Made by a program: the position numbers and the translations under genes. DNA of 64,000 nucleotides from Candidatus Nomurabacteria bacterium (GTDB lineage: Bacteria > Patescibacteriota > Minisyncoccia > Phycocordibacterales > UBA9973): NCBI GenBank assembly GCA_031425235.1, contig JANPIZ010000008.1:91377-155376 (forward strand), written 5' to 3'. The notes beneath the pieces were generated by a model. It was not told the DNA's origin and searched no databases. It saw only the letters and a program-made list of their open reading frames with translations. This document shows positions 47,848 to 57,198 of this stretch, piece after piece (position 1 is the stretch's first letter; the number at the start of each line of letters is the position of its first letter).

Positions 47848-49554
47848 ATGACAAGTGAAACAAAAAATTGTCAAAATTGTAAAACAGATTTTGTAATAGA
47901 ATCTGGAGACTTTAACTTTTATGAAAAAATAAAAGTTCCACCGCCGACCTTTTGTCCGAACTGTAGACTTACGCGTAGATTTCTCCATTCAAATGAAATG
48001 GTGTTATACAAACGTAAATGCGACCTGACTCAAAAAGATATTTTTAGCATGTATCCACCTAAAACACTTTTTCCTGTCTATGAGACATCGGAGTGGTATT
48101 CTGACAAATGGGATGCATATGAATATGGGATGGATTTCGATGAGACCAGACCCTTTTTAGAGCAATTTTTAGAGCTCCAAAATAAAGTACCGCGTATGGC
48201 TCTGACACAACAAGGTCAAACAATTAATAGTGCGTATACTCATAGAGTATCTTATCCAAAAAACTCATACATGGCTTTTCGAGCTTCTTATCCAGAGGAT
48301 TGTTTGTATGTGTATAACGCCAAGTACACTCGAAATTGCGCTGACTCAATATGGATTTTTGACTCAGATCTTTGTTATGAATGTATAAATGTAGAAAATT
48401 GTTACAACTTAAAATATAGTCAAGAATGCAAAGATTCCCGTGATTCCAGCTTTTTATACAGTTGTAAAAACACCTCAAATTCAACTTTATGTGTTAATTT
48501 AGTCAACGCAGAGTGCTGTATTTGGAATAAAAAATATACAAAAGAAGAGTACGTCAAAAAATTAGCAAACATGGGACTCAATAAATTTTCTAACGTTGAG
48601 AAGCTAAAGAAAGAGTTTGAAGAGTTTAGAAAGAAATTTCCACAAAGAGCTGTGGCTTCATTAAAATCTGAGCAAGTGTCTGGTAACTGGTTTTCGGGTT
48701 GCAAAAATGTTCATGAATCATTTGATTGCGTCAATGTAAAAGATGGCAAATATTTATTCATGGTTTTCAATGCCGAAGATTGTATGGATTTTTTCGAATG
48801 GGGCAACAAAGCCGAGCAAATCTATGAGACAACTAATGCTGGTCTCAATGTTGCCAGATTATACTTTTGCTTTCAGTGTTGGATGGGAGCAACAGATCTG
48901 TATTACTGCAACACATGTCCTGGTGCACGAAACTGCTTTGGTTGCGTGGGTCTAAAGAAAGGCGAATACTCTATTCTAAACAAGAAGTATTCGAAAGAAG
49001 AATATGAAATTTTAAAAGAAAAAATTATTAAGCATATGCAAAAAATGCCTTTTATAAGTAATACTGGTATTGAATATAAATTTGGGGAATTTTTTCCTCC
49101 AGAATTTTCAGATCATGCTTATAATGAAACCATCGCAAATTATTATTTTCCACTTTCACAAGAGGAAGCTTTGTCTCGCGGTTATAAATGGAAAGACAAG
49201 GAAAAAGTAGTCCACCAGACGACAGTCAAAGCTAAGGATCTGCCAGACACAATAGAAGAAGTAACTGACGCCATACTCAATGAAATCATAGAGTGCGGAG
49301 AAAAAGATAATCCAGAATCAGTTGGAGCGTTTCGCATAACTCCAAATGAGCTCAATTTTTATAGGAAAATGAATATTCCACTACCGAGAGTATGCTTTAG
49401 CATCAGACACTTGCGCCGGATGGACAGGAGACCAAAACTAAACATTTTTAAGAGAAAATGTGATAAGTGTAGTGTTGAAGTTGAAACAGTATATACTAAA
49501 GAGCATGCACCGGTATTGTATTGTGAAAAATGTTATCAACAAGAAGTTTACTAA
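47848..49554 (+). CDS. Large cysteine-rich protein, paralogue 2
   Basis: 568 aa with the same architecture as 6370-8076. Identical C-terminus YCEKCYQ.EVY. Conserved LKKGEYSILNKKYSKEEY block. Confidence 0.8.
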   Translation: MTSETKNCQNCKTDFVIESGDFNFYEKIKVPPPTFCPNCRLTRRFLHSNEMVLYKRKCDLTQKDIFSMYPPKTLFPVYETSEWYSDKWDAYEYGMDFDETRPFLEQFLELQNKVPRMALTQQGQTINSAYTHRVSYPKNSYMAFRASYPEDCLYVYNAKYTRNCADSIWIFDSDLCYECINVENCYNLKYSQECKDSRDSSFLYSCKNTSNSTLCVNLVNAECCIWNKKYTKEEYVKKLANMGLNKFSNVEKLKKEFEEFRKKFPQRAVASLKSEQVSGNWFSGCKNVHESFDCVNVKDGKYLFMVFNAEDCMDFFEWGNKAEQIYETTNAGLNVARLYFCFQCWMGATDLYYCNTCPGARNCFGCVGLKKGEYSILNKKYSKEEYEILKEKIIKHMQKMPFISNTGIEYKFGEFFPPEFSDHAYNETIANYYFPLSQEEALSRGYKWKDKEKVVHQTTVKAKDLPDTIEEVTDAILNEIIECGEKDNPESVGAFRITPNELNFYRKMNIPLPRVCFSIRHLRRMDRRPKLNIFKRKCDKCSVEVETVYTKEHAPVLYCEKCYQQEVY

Positions 49555-49593
49555 ACTTAGTAGAGAAGTATCAGCGTACTAGCATGATAGTAT

Positions 49594-50340
49594 ATGAAAA
49601 AAGTAAAAACAAAATTAATTCACGATATTCGAGCTGTAAAAAATAAAAAAGAACTTGCGAATATAATTAAAGCTCAAAGAATAAGTGAGCGAGTTTTGCT
49701 CGACGCCTTAAAATATTTAAAAGATGGAATTACTGAGCTCGAAGTAGAGGCTTTTATAAAAAAAGCTTTCGTAAAACATGGGGCGCCTATTTTATCATTT
49801 GCTCCAATTGTCGCCTTCGGTAAAAATACAGCAAACATTCACCACGTGCCAAATAAAACAAAACTGGAAGAAGGGGACTTGGTCATGTTCGACATCGGCA
49901 CGACAGTCAATCACTATTGTTCGGATATGACCCGTACCTTTTTCTGGGGCAAAGCACCAGAAGAAAAAAGAAAGAAGCAAATAAAAATTTACGAAGCCGT
50001 ACTGAAAGCACAGAACCTCGCCCTAGAAAAAATAAAGTCCGGCGAGCGAAGATGTGCGGTGATAGATAAGGTTGCCAGAGATTTTATAGCAAAGAAGTAT
50101 CCTGATAATTTTAAACATGGACTCGGGCATGGAGTAGGCACGGTGATCCACGAATGGCCAAATTTTAAGCCAAAAAGTGAGGATATAGTACCGGCAGGAT
50201 GTGTAATGACAGTTGAACCAGGAATTTATATAAAAGGTTTTGGGGGAGTGAGAATAGAAGATATGGTACTAATTACAAAAAGCGGTTATAAACATCTCAC
50301 AAAACTCCCGCGCGACTTAAAAAGTGCTTTTTTGAAATAA
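49594..50340 (+). CDS. M24-family metallopeptidase (Xaa-Pro aminopeptidase/prolidase-like, catalytic domain only)
   Basis: Pita-bread fold with the HGLGHGVG metal-ligand motif; 248 aa. Confidence 0.75.
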   Translation: MKKVKTKLIHDIRAVKNKKELANIIKAQRISERVLLDALKYLKDGITELEVEAFIKKAFVKHGAPILSFAPIVAFGKNTANIHHVPNKTKLEEGDLVMFDIGTTVNHYCSDMTRTFFWGKAPEEKRKKQIKIYEAVLKAQNLALEKIKSGERRCAVIDKVARDFIAKKYPDNFKHGLGHGVGTVIHEWPNFKPKSEDIVPAGCVMTVEPGIYIKGFGGVRIEDMVLITKSGYKHLTKLPRDLKSAFLK

Positions 50341-50394
50341 AATTGTAATATATTTAGATATATGGTTATATAGATTTAGAGGAGGAATAGAAAT

Positions 50395-50577
50395 ATGTAT
50401 TGCATGAAGTGTCGTAGGAAAATTACTGAATCCTATGATGAAAAATGTCGCTGTGGATACAGTCACACTAGTATGGAGTGCGAGTGTGAAAAAGTAACGG
50501 AACCCTGTCCAAATTGCGGCAGTGGAAATTATTATTTAGGATCCTGCAGTAAATGCAGATATCCCCACGAACCATAA
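50395..50577 (+). CDS. small cysteine-rich protein (60 aa, 11 Cys; multiple CxxC/CxC pairs, zinc-ribbon-like)
   Basis: Canonical GAGGAGG Shine-Dalgarno 8 nt upstream of the ATG, which is rare in this window. Its own terminator lies at 50595-50626. Confidence 0.55.
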   Translation: MYCMKCRRKITESYDEKCRCGYSHTSMECECEKVTEPCPNCGSGNYYLGSCSKCRYPHEP

Positions 50578-50594
50578 ACCACCAACAAGGAGCC

Positions 50595-50626
50595 ACCTAG
50601 CACTTGTAGGTGGTTTTCTCTTTTTA
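50595..50626 (+). terminator. Rho-independent terminator after the small Cys-rich gene
   Basis: ccacctagcacttgtaggtgg followed by ttttctcttttt. Confidence 0.7.
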
Positions 50627-50671
50627 AGCTGATTTTTGCAAACTGAAAAAATTGGGAGTATACTTTAACTT

Positions 50672-51787
50672 ATGGTAAAGAAATTTATCCCGCCTAGGCG
50701 TGGGAAACTAAAAATTGGAGTTTTATTTGGAGGTAAGTCTGCTGAACATGAGGTTTCTCTCCAGTCCGCACGTAATGTAATCAATTCACTCGACCCGAAA
50801 AAATACGACATTGTACCCATAGGTATAAACAAGGAAGGCCGATGGCTTCTCAGTGATACATCTAATTATTTATTGAATAGCAATAACCCAAAACTGATAA
50901 AGTTAAATAGCTCAAGTAAAGAAGTAGCCCTGTATCCTCAAAATCAAGGTGCTTTGACTAATATCAATAATTCGAGCCTGAAAACAGTAGCACAGGTTGA
51001 TGTTGTCTTTCCTGTACTACACGGACCTTTTGGTGAAGATGGAAGTATCCAAGGACTTTTTAAAATTGCGGGTATACCCTTTGTCGGGCCGAGCGTGCTT
51101 GGCTCAGCTGTTGGCATGGACAAAGATATAATGAAACGACTTTTACGTGATGCGGGTGTTCCTATCGGAAAATTTAGAACAATATCCTCTGGAGAGAAAG
51201 TAAATTTTAACACTATAAAAAAAGAACTTGGACTGCCACTTTTTATTAAACCTGCAAATATGGGCTCATCTATTGGGGTCAGTAAAGTAAAAAATGAAGT
51301 TGAGTTCAAAAAAGCAATAAAAGAAGCCTTCCAATTTGATACCAAAGTAATCGTCGAAGAAAACATACAAGCACGAGAAATAGAATGTGCCGTACTCGGC
51401 AATGAGTATCCAATGGCTTCAGTCCCAGGTGAAATTATCGCAAATCAAGACTTTTATTCTTACGGCGCCAAATATATCGACGAAGGTTCAGTTGCGGAAA
51501 TTCCAGCAAAAATAGATAAAAAAACTACCAAAAAAATCCAAGAATTAGCTATCCAAACTTTTCAAGTTCTTGCGTGCGAAGGTATGGCTCGAGTTGATTT
51601 TTTTCTGACAAAGACTGGCAAGGTATACGTTAACGAAATAAATACAATCCCTGGTTTTACGAACATCAGCATGTACCCAAAGCTCTGGGAGGCGAGTGGT
51701 TTACCACAAGCAAAACTCATGGATAGGCTGATAGAGCTTGCTATTGAGCGCTTTGAGCGAGAACAGAAGTTAAAAACAAGCATGTAG
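50672..51787 (+). CDS. ddl: D-alanine--D-alanine ligase
   Basis: ATP-grasp fold; N-terminal GGKSAEHEVSLQSA; 371 aa. Confidence 0.9.
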   Translation: MVKKFIPPRRGKLKIGVLFGGKSAEHEVSLQSARNVINSLDPKKYDIVPIGINKEGRWLLSDTSNYLLNSNNPKLIKLNSSSKEVALYPQNQGALTNINNSSLKTVAQVDVVFPVLHGPFGEDGSIQGLFKIAGIPFVGPSVLGSAVGMDKDIMKRLLRDAGVPIGKFRTISSGEKVNFNTIKKELGLPLFIKPANMGSSIGVSKVKNEVEFKKAIKEAFQFDTKVIVEENIQAREIECAVLGNEYPMASVPGEIIANQDFYSYGAKYIDEGSVAEIPAKIDKKTTKKIQELAIQTFQVLACEGMARVDFFLTKTGKVYVNEINTIPGFTNISMYPKLWEASGLPQAKLMDRLIELAIERFEREQKLKTSM

Positions 51788-51832
51788 TAAATAGTCTTGC
51801 TTTTTAAAGGATTTTATACTAATATAATAGGC

Positions 51833-51991
51833 ATGTCACAAGATAGACTTATAAAATTTGGCTGCACAGTGTGCAAGGAAATCAACTATATTTCAAGTAA
51901 AAACAAGAAGCTTGTAGTTAAAAAGCTTCAGTTGAACAAATTCTGCAAACGATGCCGAAAGCAAACTCCACACAAAGAACTCAAAAAATAG
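51833..51991 (+). CDS. rpmG: 50S ribosomal protein L33
   Basis: MSQDRLIKFGCTVCK...CKRCRKQTPHKE, a Cys4 zinc-ribbon L33. ATG at 51833 is preferred. Confidence 0.8.
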   Translation: MSQDRLIKFGCTVCKEINYISSKNKKLVVKKLQLNKFCKRCRKQTPHKELKK

Positions 51992-52018
51992 ATTTTTGAC
52001 AGTTTTTCTGGTAAACTA

Positions 52019-52052
52019 ACCCTGTTCATCAATGTGACAGGGTTTTGTTGTT
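52019..52052 (+). terminator. Rho-independent terminator after rpmG
   Basis: aaccctgttcatcaatgtgacagggttttgttgttt. Confidence 0.7.
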
Positions 52053-52064
52053 TACAGTATATTC

Positions 52065-52138
52065 GGGCGATTAGTTTAGTGGCAGAACAACGGTCTCCAA
52101 AACCGTTGGCGGGAGTTCGATTCTCTCATCGCCCGCCA
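52065..52138 (+). tRNA. tRNA-Trp (anticodon CCA), 3' CCA encoded
   Basis: 74-nt cloverleaf folded by hand. Acceptor GGGCGAT/ATCGCCC, anticodon loop ctCCAaa, T-loop TTCGATT. The terminal A is the A of the following ATG. Confidence 0.8.
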
Positions 52139-52752
52139 TGCAAAATTTATTTGATATTCCATATTTAGTTACACATTTTGGATACATTGGTATCATTATT
52201 ATCGTATTTCTTGAGTCCGGCATATTTTTCCCTCTACCAGGCGACAGCCTTTTATTTACAGCCGGATTACTTGCTCCACAAATGGGCTTTAATGTTCTTA
52301 CCCTTACGTTTATTATATTCCTTGCAGCTTTTTTTGGGGGGATAGTAGGGTATTACATAGGCACAAAGCTCGACTTTTTATATCAATACCCATTTTTTAG
52401 AAAAATTTTCAAGAAAAAGTATACAGATGAGGCGCATGCGTTCTTAGAAAAACATGGTTTGTACGCCATGGTCATGGGACGGTTTGTACCAGTAGTGCGG
52501 ACTTTTTTACCGATAGTCGCTGGTATGGTGCGCATGGATTATGCTAAGTTCCTTCGCTATAACTTCCTCGGAGCTTTAGTGTGGTCTTCGGTTTTTGTGC
52601 TCGGTGGATATTTCCTCGGCCGATCGTTTCCGCAAATTCAACATTACTTGCTCTATGTCATGATAATTATAGTACTGCTTTCGCTTATACCAGGACTCGG
52701 ACACTTGGTAAAAAAGAAAACCAACGAAGCCCTCGACCACGCGGCCAAGTAA
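52138..52752 (+). CDS. DedA/VTT-family membrane protein (second copy)
   Basis: GYIGIIIIVFLESGIFFPLPGDSLLFTAGLL DedA signature. The start codon overlaps the tRNA-Trp 3' end. Confidence 0.65.
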   Translation: MQNLFDIPYLVTHFGYIGIIIIVFLESGIFFPLPGDSLLFTAGLLAPQMGFNVLTLTFIIFLAAFFGGIVGYYIGTKLDFLYQYPFFRKIFKKKYTDEAHAFLEKHGLYAMVMGRFVPVVRTFLPIVAGMVRMDYAKFLRYNFLGALVWSSVFVLGGYFLGRSFPQIQHYLLYVMIIIVLLSLIPGLGHLVKKKTNEALDHAAK

Positions 52753-52757
52753 TAAAC

Positions 52758-53645
52758 TTAAATTTTTTCTTTAAGAAATTCTTGGATTTTTTTGGATTCA
52801 AGAGAAGAAAACCATTTGATTTGTTTATCTCTTTTAAACCAAGTAATCTGGCGCTTCGAATACTTTATGGTTTCTATGATTACTCGCTCTGGTGTCGGTT
52901 TGTAATATTCAAAGCCAAACTCTTTTAACCTTTTATCTGACACACCCATCCCGCCTAGGTGAACAGGTTTTTTGAGCTTAGTTATTTCTTTTAGTAACCC
53001 TTGTTTAAACATTTGCCCCACTCTTTTAGTCACTTTTTTTTGCAGCTCTTCTGTCGGCAAAGTTAGGCCAATTTTAATAAATGTATACTTCGGTTTTAGT
53101 TCTTGAATTTTAGGGACTTTGCCTAAAGCTTTTGCTATCTCGATCGCTCGTACCAACCGAACTTTATTTTGCTGTTCATTTTTTTTGTCTATATCTTTTG
53201 CTCGCCTCTGGTCAAGTTTTTGCAACATTTTAAAAAGTTCTGCCTCTGTTTTGTGTTCTAGAATTTTCCTCAGTTTTACATTTGGTGGAACTTCAGGGAA
53301 AAATACCCCTTTAGTAATAGCATCAATATAAAAACCCGTACCTCCGCAAATGATTGGAGTTTTGCCTCGTGTTAAAATATCCTCAATTTTTTCTTCAGCA
53401 AGTTTTTTAAACTGGGCAACGGTGAATCTTTTTTTCGGTTTAGCGACATCAAGCAAGTAATGAGGCACGCCCTTCATTTCTTTCTTAGTTATTTTACCGG
53501 TCCCAATATCAAGGCCTGTGTATACTTGACGTGAATCAGCAGAGATAACTTCGCCGCGTACTTTTTTAGCAATTTGTACAGCGAGGTTACTTTTGCCTGT
53601 AGCTGTCTGACCCAATATTACAATGATTGTAGGTTTTTTCTTCAT
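52758..53645 (-). CDS. miaA: tRNA dimethylallyltransferase
   Basis: IVILGQTATGKSNLAV P-loop and SADSRQVY motif. Confidence 0.9.
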   Translation of the reverse strand: MKKKPTIIVILGQTATGKSNLAVQIAKKVRGEVISADSRQVYTGLDIGTGKITKKEMKGVPHYLLDVAKPKKRFTVAQFKKLAEEKIEDILTRGKTPIICGGTGFYIDAITKGVFFPEVPPNVKLRKILEHKTEAELFKMLQKLDQRRAKDIDKKNEQQNKVRLVRAIEIAKALGKVPKIQELKPKYTFIKIGLTLPTEELQKKVTKRVGQMFKQGLLKEITKLKKPVHLGGMGVSDKRLKEFGFEYYKPTPERVIIETIKYSKRQITWFKRDKQIKWFSSLESKKIQEFLKEKI

Positions 53646-53714
53646 ATTTGCTTAAATTATGTGTATTGTTTACAATTTATATATTAAAACTTAAGTAGTT
53701 TAGCATAAAATCAT

Positions 53715-54137
53715 ATGGGTATCATAGATATGGAGAAAATGGAGTATTTTGAAAACAATAAACCAAAAAAAATTGAGGAAGATAAAAATAAGGAAAATGT
53801 AGTTGAGCGTGATTATTTAGAAGCTTGGAAAAAAGCTAAAGATGATGTAAAAGAAGATTCTTTTGTTAAATCTATTAATGTTCCACCAGCAAAAGGTGAT
53901 TATATAAAGAATGCTCAAATAATTCACATTATTGACTGGATTACAGAAATAGCTAAAACTAAATTAAAAGATAGAGCAGAAGTTCCTAAAGTTATGGACT
54001 TAAAAGTTTTAGAAGTAGATCCAAATACCTCAACTATAAAAATTCAATTGGAAACTAATATTAATGGAGAAATAATTAAAATTGAGACAGAAATAGAAAA
54101 AGCGAGACTTGAATGGTATGGTAAAAATGTTTATTAA
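53715..54137 (+). CDS. hypothetical Lys/Glu-rich protein (140 aa)
   Basis: Intact ORF in a divergent interval between miaA and murA. No homology recognised. Confidence 0.35.
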   Translation: MGIIDMEKMEYFENNKPKKIEEDKNKENVVERDYLEAWKKAKDDVKEDSFVKSINVPPAKGDYIKNAQIIHIIDWITEIAKTKLKDRAEVPKVMDLKVLEVDPNTSTIKIQLETNINGEIIKIETEIEKARLEWYGKNVY

Positions 54138-54142
54138 TTGTC

Positions 54143-55477
54143 TTACTTTAATATCTTTATATCTGCTCCAATAGAATTCAAACGTCGGACTATGTCTTCA
54201 TAGCCTCTATTTATCATATACACATTTCTTAAAATTGAAGTTCCGGGCGCTGCAAGCATGGATATGAGTATCACCATAGAAGGCCTTAGTGCCGGCGGGC
54301 AAACCACCTGAGCAGCTTTTAAATGCGTTCCACCCACAATATAAAGGCGGTGTGGATCCGCGAGAGTGATGTTTGCTCCCAGGCGATTGAGCTCTGTGAG
54401 ATATATAGCCCGATTTTCATAAACCCAATCGTGGATCATGCTCGTGCCTTTTGCTCTTATCGCAACAGGTACAAAGAAGGGAAGGTTGTCTATGTTTATT
54501 CCTGGGTAAGGATTTGAGTGGAGTTTGTCGTTTAGGGCTACCAGCTTACTAGGAAATATTTCTATGTCGGCAAGCTTGGTACGACCATTGTAAGAAAAAT
54601 AAGTTTTTGAAATTTTATATTTCAAATTCATTCGTTTCAATTTTTCAAGTTCTAGAGACAAGAAATCGATGGGCGCTCGAGTAATTTTTAAATGTGAGTC
54701 AGTAATAATTCCAGCTGATATAAACATCATGGACTCGATAGGGTCTTCACTGTTCCAATATTCTATGTTTTTATTTATTTCACTTACTCCATGCACAGTA
54801 AGCGTGGAGCTTCCTATGCCATCAATTTGGACACCTAGTGCTTCTAAGAAAAAACACACTTCTTGTACCATGTAATTTGCGCTCGCAAAGCTTATGATTG
54901 TCTTACCATTTACAAGAGCAGCGGCTGTAAGAACATTTTCACAAGCAGTGTCTCCAGATTCGTACATCACAATTTCACTCGGTTTTAATTTCTTCGCTGT
55001 GATGCCATAATTGTTTGTGTTTACTTTTATCTTTACTCCAAGTTTTTCGAGGGCATAAATGTGGGCAGCGATAGTGCGCTTGCCAAGGTTGCAACCCTGC
55101 GCGTGGGGGATTTGGAAAAATTGCATTTTATGTATCAAAGGTCCTATCAACATTACGATAGAGCGAGTTTTCACTGCAGACTCTACATTTATATTTTTTA
55201 GATTGAATTTTTTTGGGGGTTGTATAGTTAAAGTATTTGTATCTGTCCATTTTATTTTTACATCAATACTTTCTAGAATCTCGATTACTCTATACACTTC
55301 TTCAATGCGGGCTATGCCATGCAAGGTAGTGGTGCCGCTATTCAAAAGGGAAGCACAAAGAAGACCGACAGAGCCATTTTTTGAAAAGTTGGTTTGAATA
55401 CTCCCATGTAATTTTTTGCCACCATTCACTTGAAAATCAATTGAAGTTGGAGCCTTTTTTTTTATAATTTTGTCCAT
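54143..55477 (-). CDS. murA: UDP-N-acetylglucosamine 1-carboxyvinyltransferase
   Basis: EPSP-synthase-like fold; 444 aa; characteristic MurA N-terminus. Confidence 0.85.
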   Translation of the reverse strand: MDKIIKKKAPTSIDFQVNGGKKLHGSIQTNFSKNGSVGLLCASLLNSGTTTLHGIARIEEVYRVIEILESIDVKIKWTDTNTLTIQPPKKFNLKNINVESAVKTRSIVMLIGPLIHKMQFFQIPHAQGCNLGKRTIAAHIYALEKLGVKIKVNTNNYGITAKKLKPSEIVMYESGDTACENVLTAAALVNGKTIISFASANYMVQEVCFFLEALGVQIDGIGSSTLTVHGVSEINKNIEYWNSEDPIESMMFISAGIITDSHLKITRAPIDFLSLELEKLKRMNLKYKISKTYFSYNGRTKLADIEIFPSKLVALNDKLHSNPYPGINIDNLPFFVPVAIRAKGTSMIHDWVYENRAIYLTELNRLGANITLADPHRLYIVGGTHLKAAQVVCPPALRPSMVILISMLAAPGTSILRNVYMINRGYEDIVRRLNSIGADIKILK

Positions 55478-55480
55478 TTT

Positions 55481-56011
55481 TTATTTAACTAATTGATTAA
55501 AAATTTCATCGACAGTTTCTTCTGCAGTTTGATTGCTCGAATCTATCACACACCAATCAAGTTCATCCTTTCGTAAACTGAATTTCTCATGTAGAAACAG
55601 ATTTCTTTTTTCCAATTTTTCACTTGCCCCTCCGCGACCATGAAAGCGCTCTAGAGTCACATCAAGGGAAGGCAAGAGCAGAAAAATATGTAAAGTGTGC
55701 CCTGGGAAAAATGCCTGAAATTTTTCTAACTTTGACTTTCCTGCCACATCGTCAATAAAAACATTAAAACCTGATTCGAGGAAATTTTTAGTTAAAATAC
55801 ATACGTTTTTAATATTTAGGTTTTGCTGTTCTTCATAGTTTTCTTCTCTTGGGCTAATATGTCCCCCTACAATCATTTTTCGAATGTGGTCAACTTTTAT
55901 GTATGCACTTTTTTCAAACTTTTCTGCTAGAGCTTTTGTAACAGAAGATTTACCTGCACCCATAGGTCCAGTTATGCAAACTATGAAAGGATGTTTATTA
56001 GACTTTTCCAT
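55481..56011 (-). CDS. P-loop NTPase, putative small-molecule/nucleoside kinase (AAA_33/zeta-toxin-like fold)
   Basis: FIVCITGPMGAGKSS Walker A; 176 aa. Confidence 0.5.
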   Translation of the reverse strand: MEKSNKHPFIVCITGPMGAGKSSVTKALAEKFEKSAYIKVDHIRKMIVGGHISPREENYEEQQNLNIKNVCILTKNFLESGFNVFIDDVAGKSKLEKFQAFFPGHTLHIFLLLPSLDVTLERFHGRGGASEKLEKRNLFLHEKFSLRKDELDWCVIDSSNQTAEETVDEIFNQLVK

Positions 56012-56020
56012 TAATTATAT

Positions 56021-56104
56021 GTGCCGCGGGAGAGAATCGAACTCTCATGAGGTTGCCCTCGATTGATTTTGAGTCAATTGCGTCTACCAATTCCGCCACC
56101 GCGG
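56021..56104 (-). tRNA. tRNA-Leu (anticodon CAA), type II
   Basis: 84 nt with a long variable arm. Anticodon loop ctCAAaa, T-loop TTCGATT, acceptor GCCGCGG/CCGCGGC. Confidence 0.8.
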
Positions 56105-56190
56105 CAGCTCAATACAATCCACACATTTTACACAAAATCTGCACTTTAATCAAATTATTAAAATAAAAACTTTTGTGTTAAAATATTCCC

Positions 56191-57195
56191 ATGAACACGA
56201 TATATTCCAATTCAATTTTCTGGATCGACACCGATAAAATCAAGCCAAACCCATACCAACCCCGACGGGACTTTGACGCTGCTCGGTTGCAGGATTTAGC
56301 TGACTCAATCAAGCAATACGGCGTCCTCCAACCCCTCACCGTATCGCGCGTCGAGCTCGAAATTGAAGGTGGAGGACTTAAAACTGAGTACGAACTTATC
56401 GCCGGTGAGCGCCGACTTCGGGCGGCGATGCTTGCTGGTGTATCGCAAGTACCAGCCATCATACGAACAGGTGATACAAGTATGATGAAACTCGAGCTCG
56501 CAATTATTGAAAATTTACAACGCGAAGATTTGAACGCAGTGGACAGAGCTCGCGCCTTTTACCGACTCGCCAATGAATTCAAATTTACTCATGCAGATAT
56601 AGCAAAGAAAATGGGTAAAAGTAGGGAATACGTATCTAATTCGCTCCGAATTTTAAATCTACCGGAAGAAATATTGAATGCATTGTCCGAAGGCAAACTC
56701 ACCGATGGTCATACTCGACCCCTCCTCATGCTCGTCGATCACCCACAAGAACAAATGGTACTTTTTAAAGAAATAGTATATAGAAAAATCACCGTCCGCG
56801 AAGCTGAAAAACTTGCCCGAAAAATAGCCTATGATCGTATTCGTAAGAAGGAATTTATGCCCGATCCAGAGATAATAGAGCTCGAAGAGGAATTTCAGGA
56901 AAAGCTCGGCACGCGTGTACACATAGACAGGCGAGAACTTGGTGGCCAAATCAAAATAGATTTCTTTTCTAATGAAGACCTACGTGAGATCCTCAAATTA
57001 ATTCAAAAATCAAACATCGCCGGAAGTGAAACGGCACTACCACCCCAAGCTACAATGTTAGAAAAACATATCGCAAGTACCGCACCAATAGGATCAGATG
57101 AAATTGCACTCGACACTCCACTTGATGATAGAAGTAAAGATGAGATAGAAAAAGATGACACTGACCTCTATAATATAACGAACTTTAGTGTTTAG
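56191..57195 (+). CDS. parB: ParB/Spo0J chromosome partitioning protein
   Basis: ParB box GERRLRAA, HTH and a C-terminal acidic extension. No adjacent parA. Confidence 0.8.
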   Translation: MNTIYSNSIFWIDTDKIKPNPYQPRRDFDAARLQDLADSIKQYGVLQPLTVSRVELEIEGGGLKTEYELIAGERRLRAAMLAGVSQVPAIIRTGDTSMMKLELAIIENLQREDLNAVDRARAFYRLANEFKFTHADIAKKMGKSREYVSNSLRILNLPEEILNALSEGKLTDGHTRPLLMLVDHPQEQMVLFKEIVYRKITVREAEKLARKIAYDRIRKKEFMPDPEIIELEEEFQEKLGTRVHIDRRELGGQIKIDFFSNEDLREILKLIQKSNIAGSETALPPQATMLEKHIASTAPIGSDEIALDTPLDDRSKDEIEKDDTDLYNITNFSV

Positions 57196-57198
57196 TTT

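Noticed and set aside
50944-51402. 152-aa minus-strand ORF inside ddl
   Set aside because: It is antisense to a D-Ala-D-Ala ligase gene that carries the family motifs.
56178-56462. 94-aa minus-strand ORF overlapping the parB 5' end
   Set aside because: It is antisense to parB. Its Arg/Ser-rich translation is typical of reading through a GC-rich segment.
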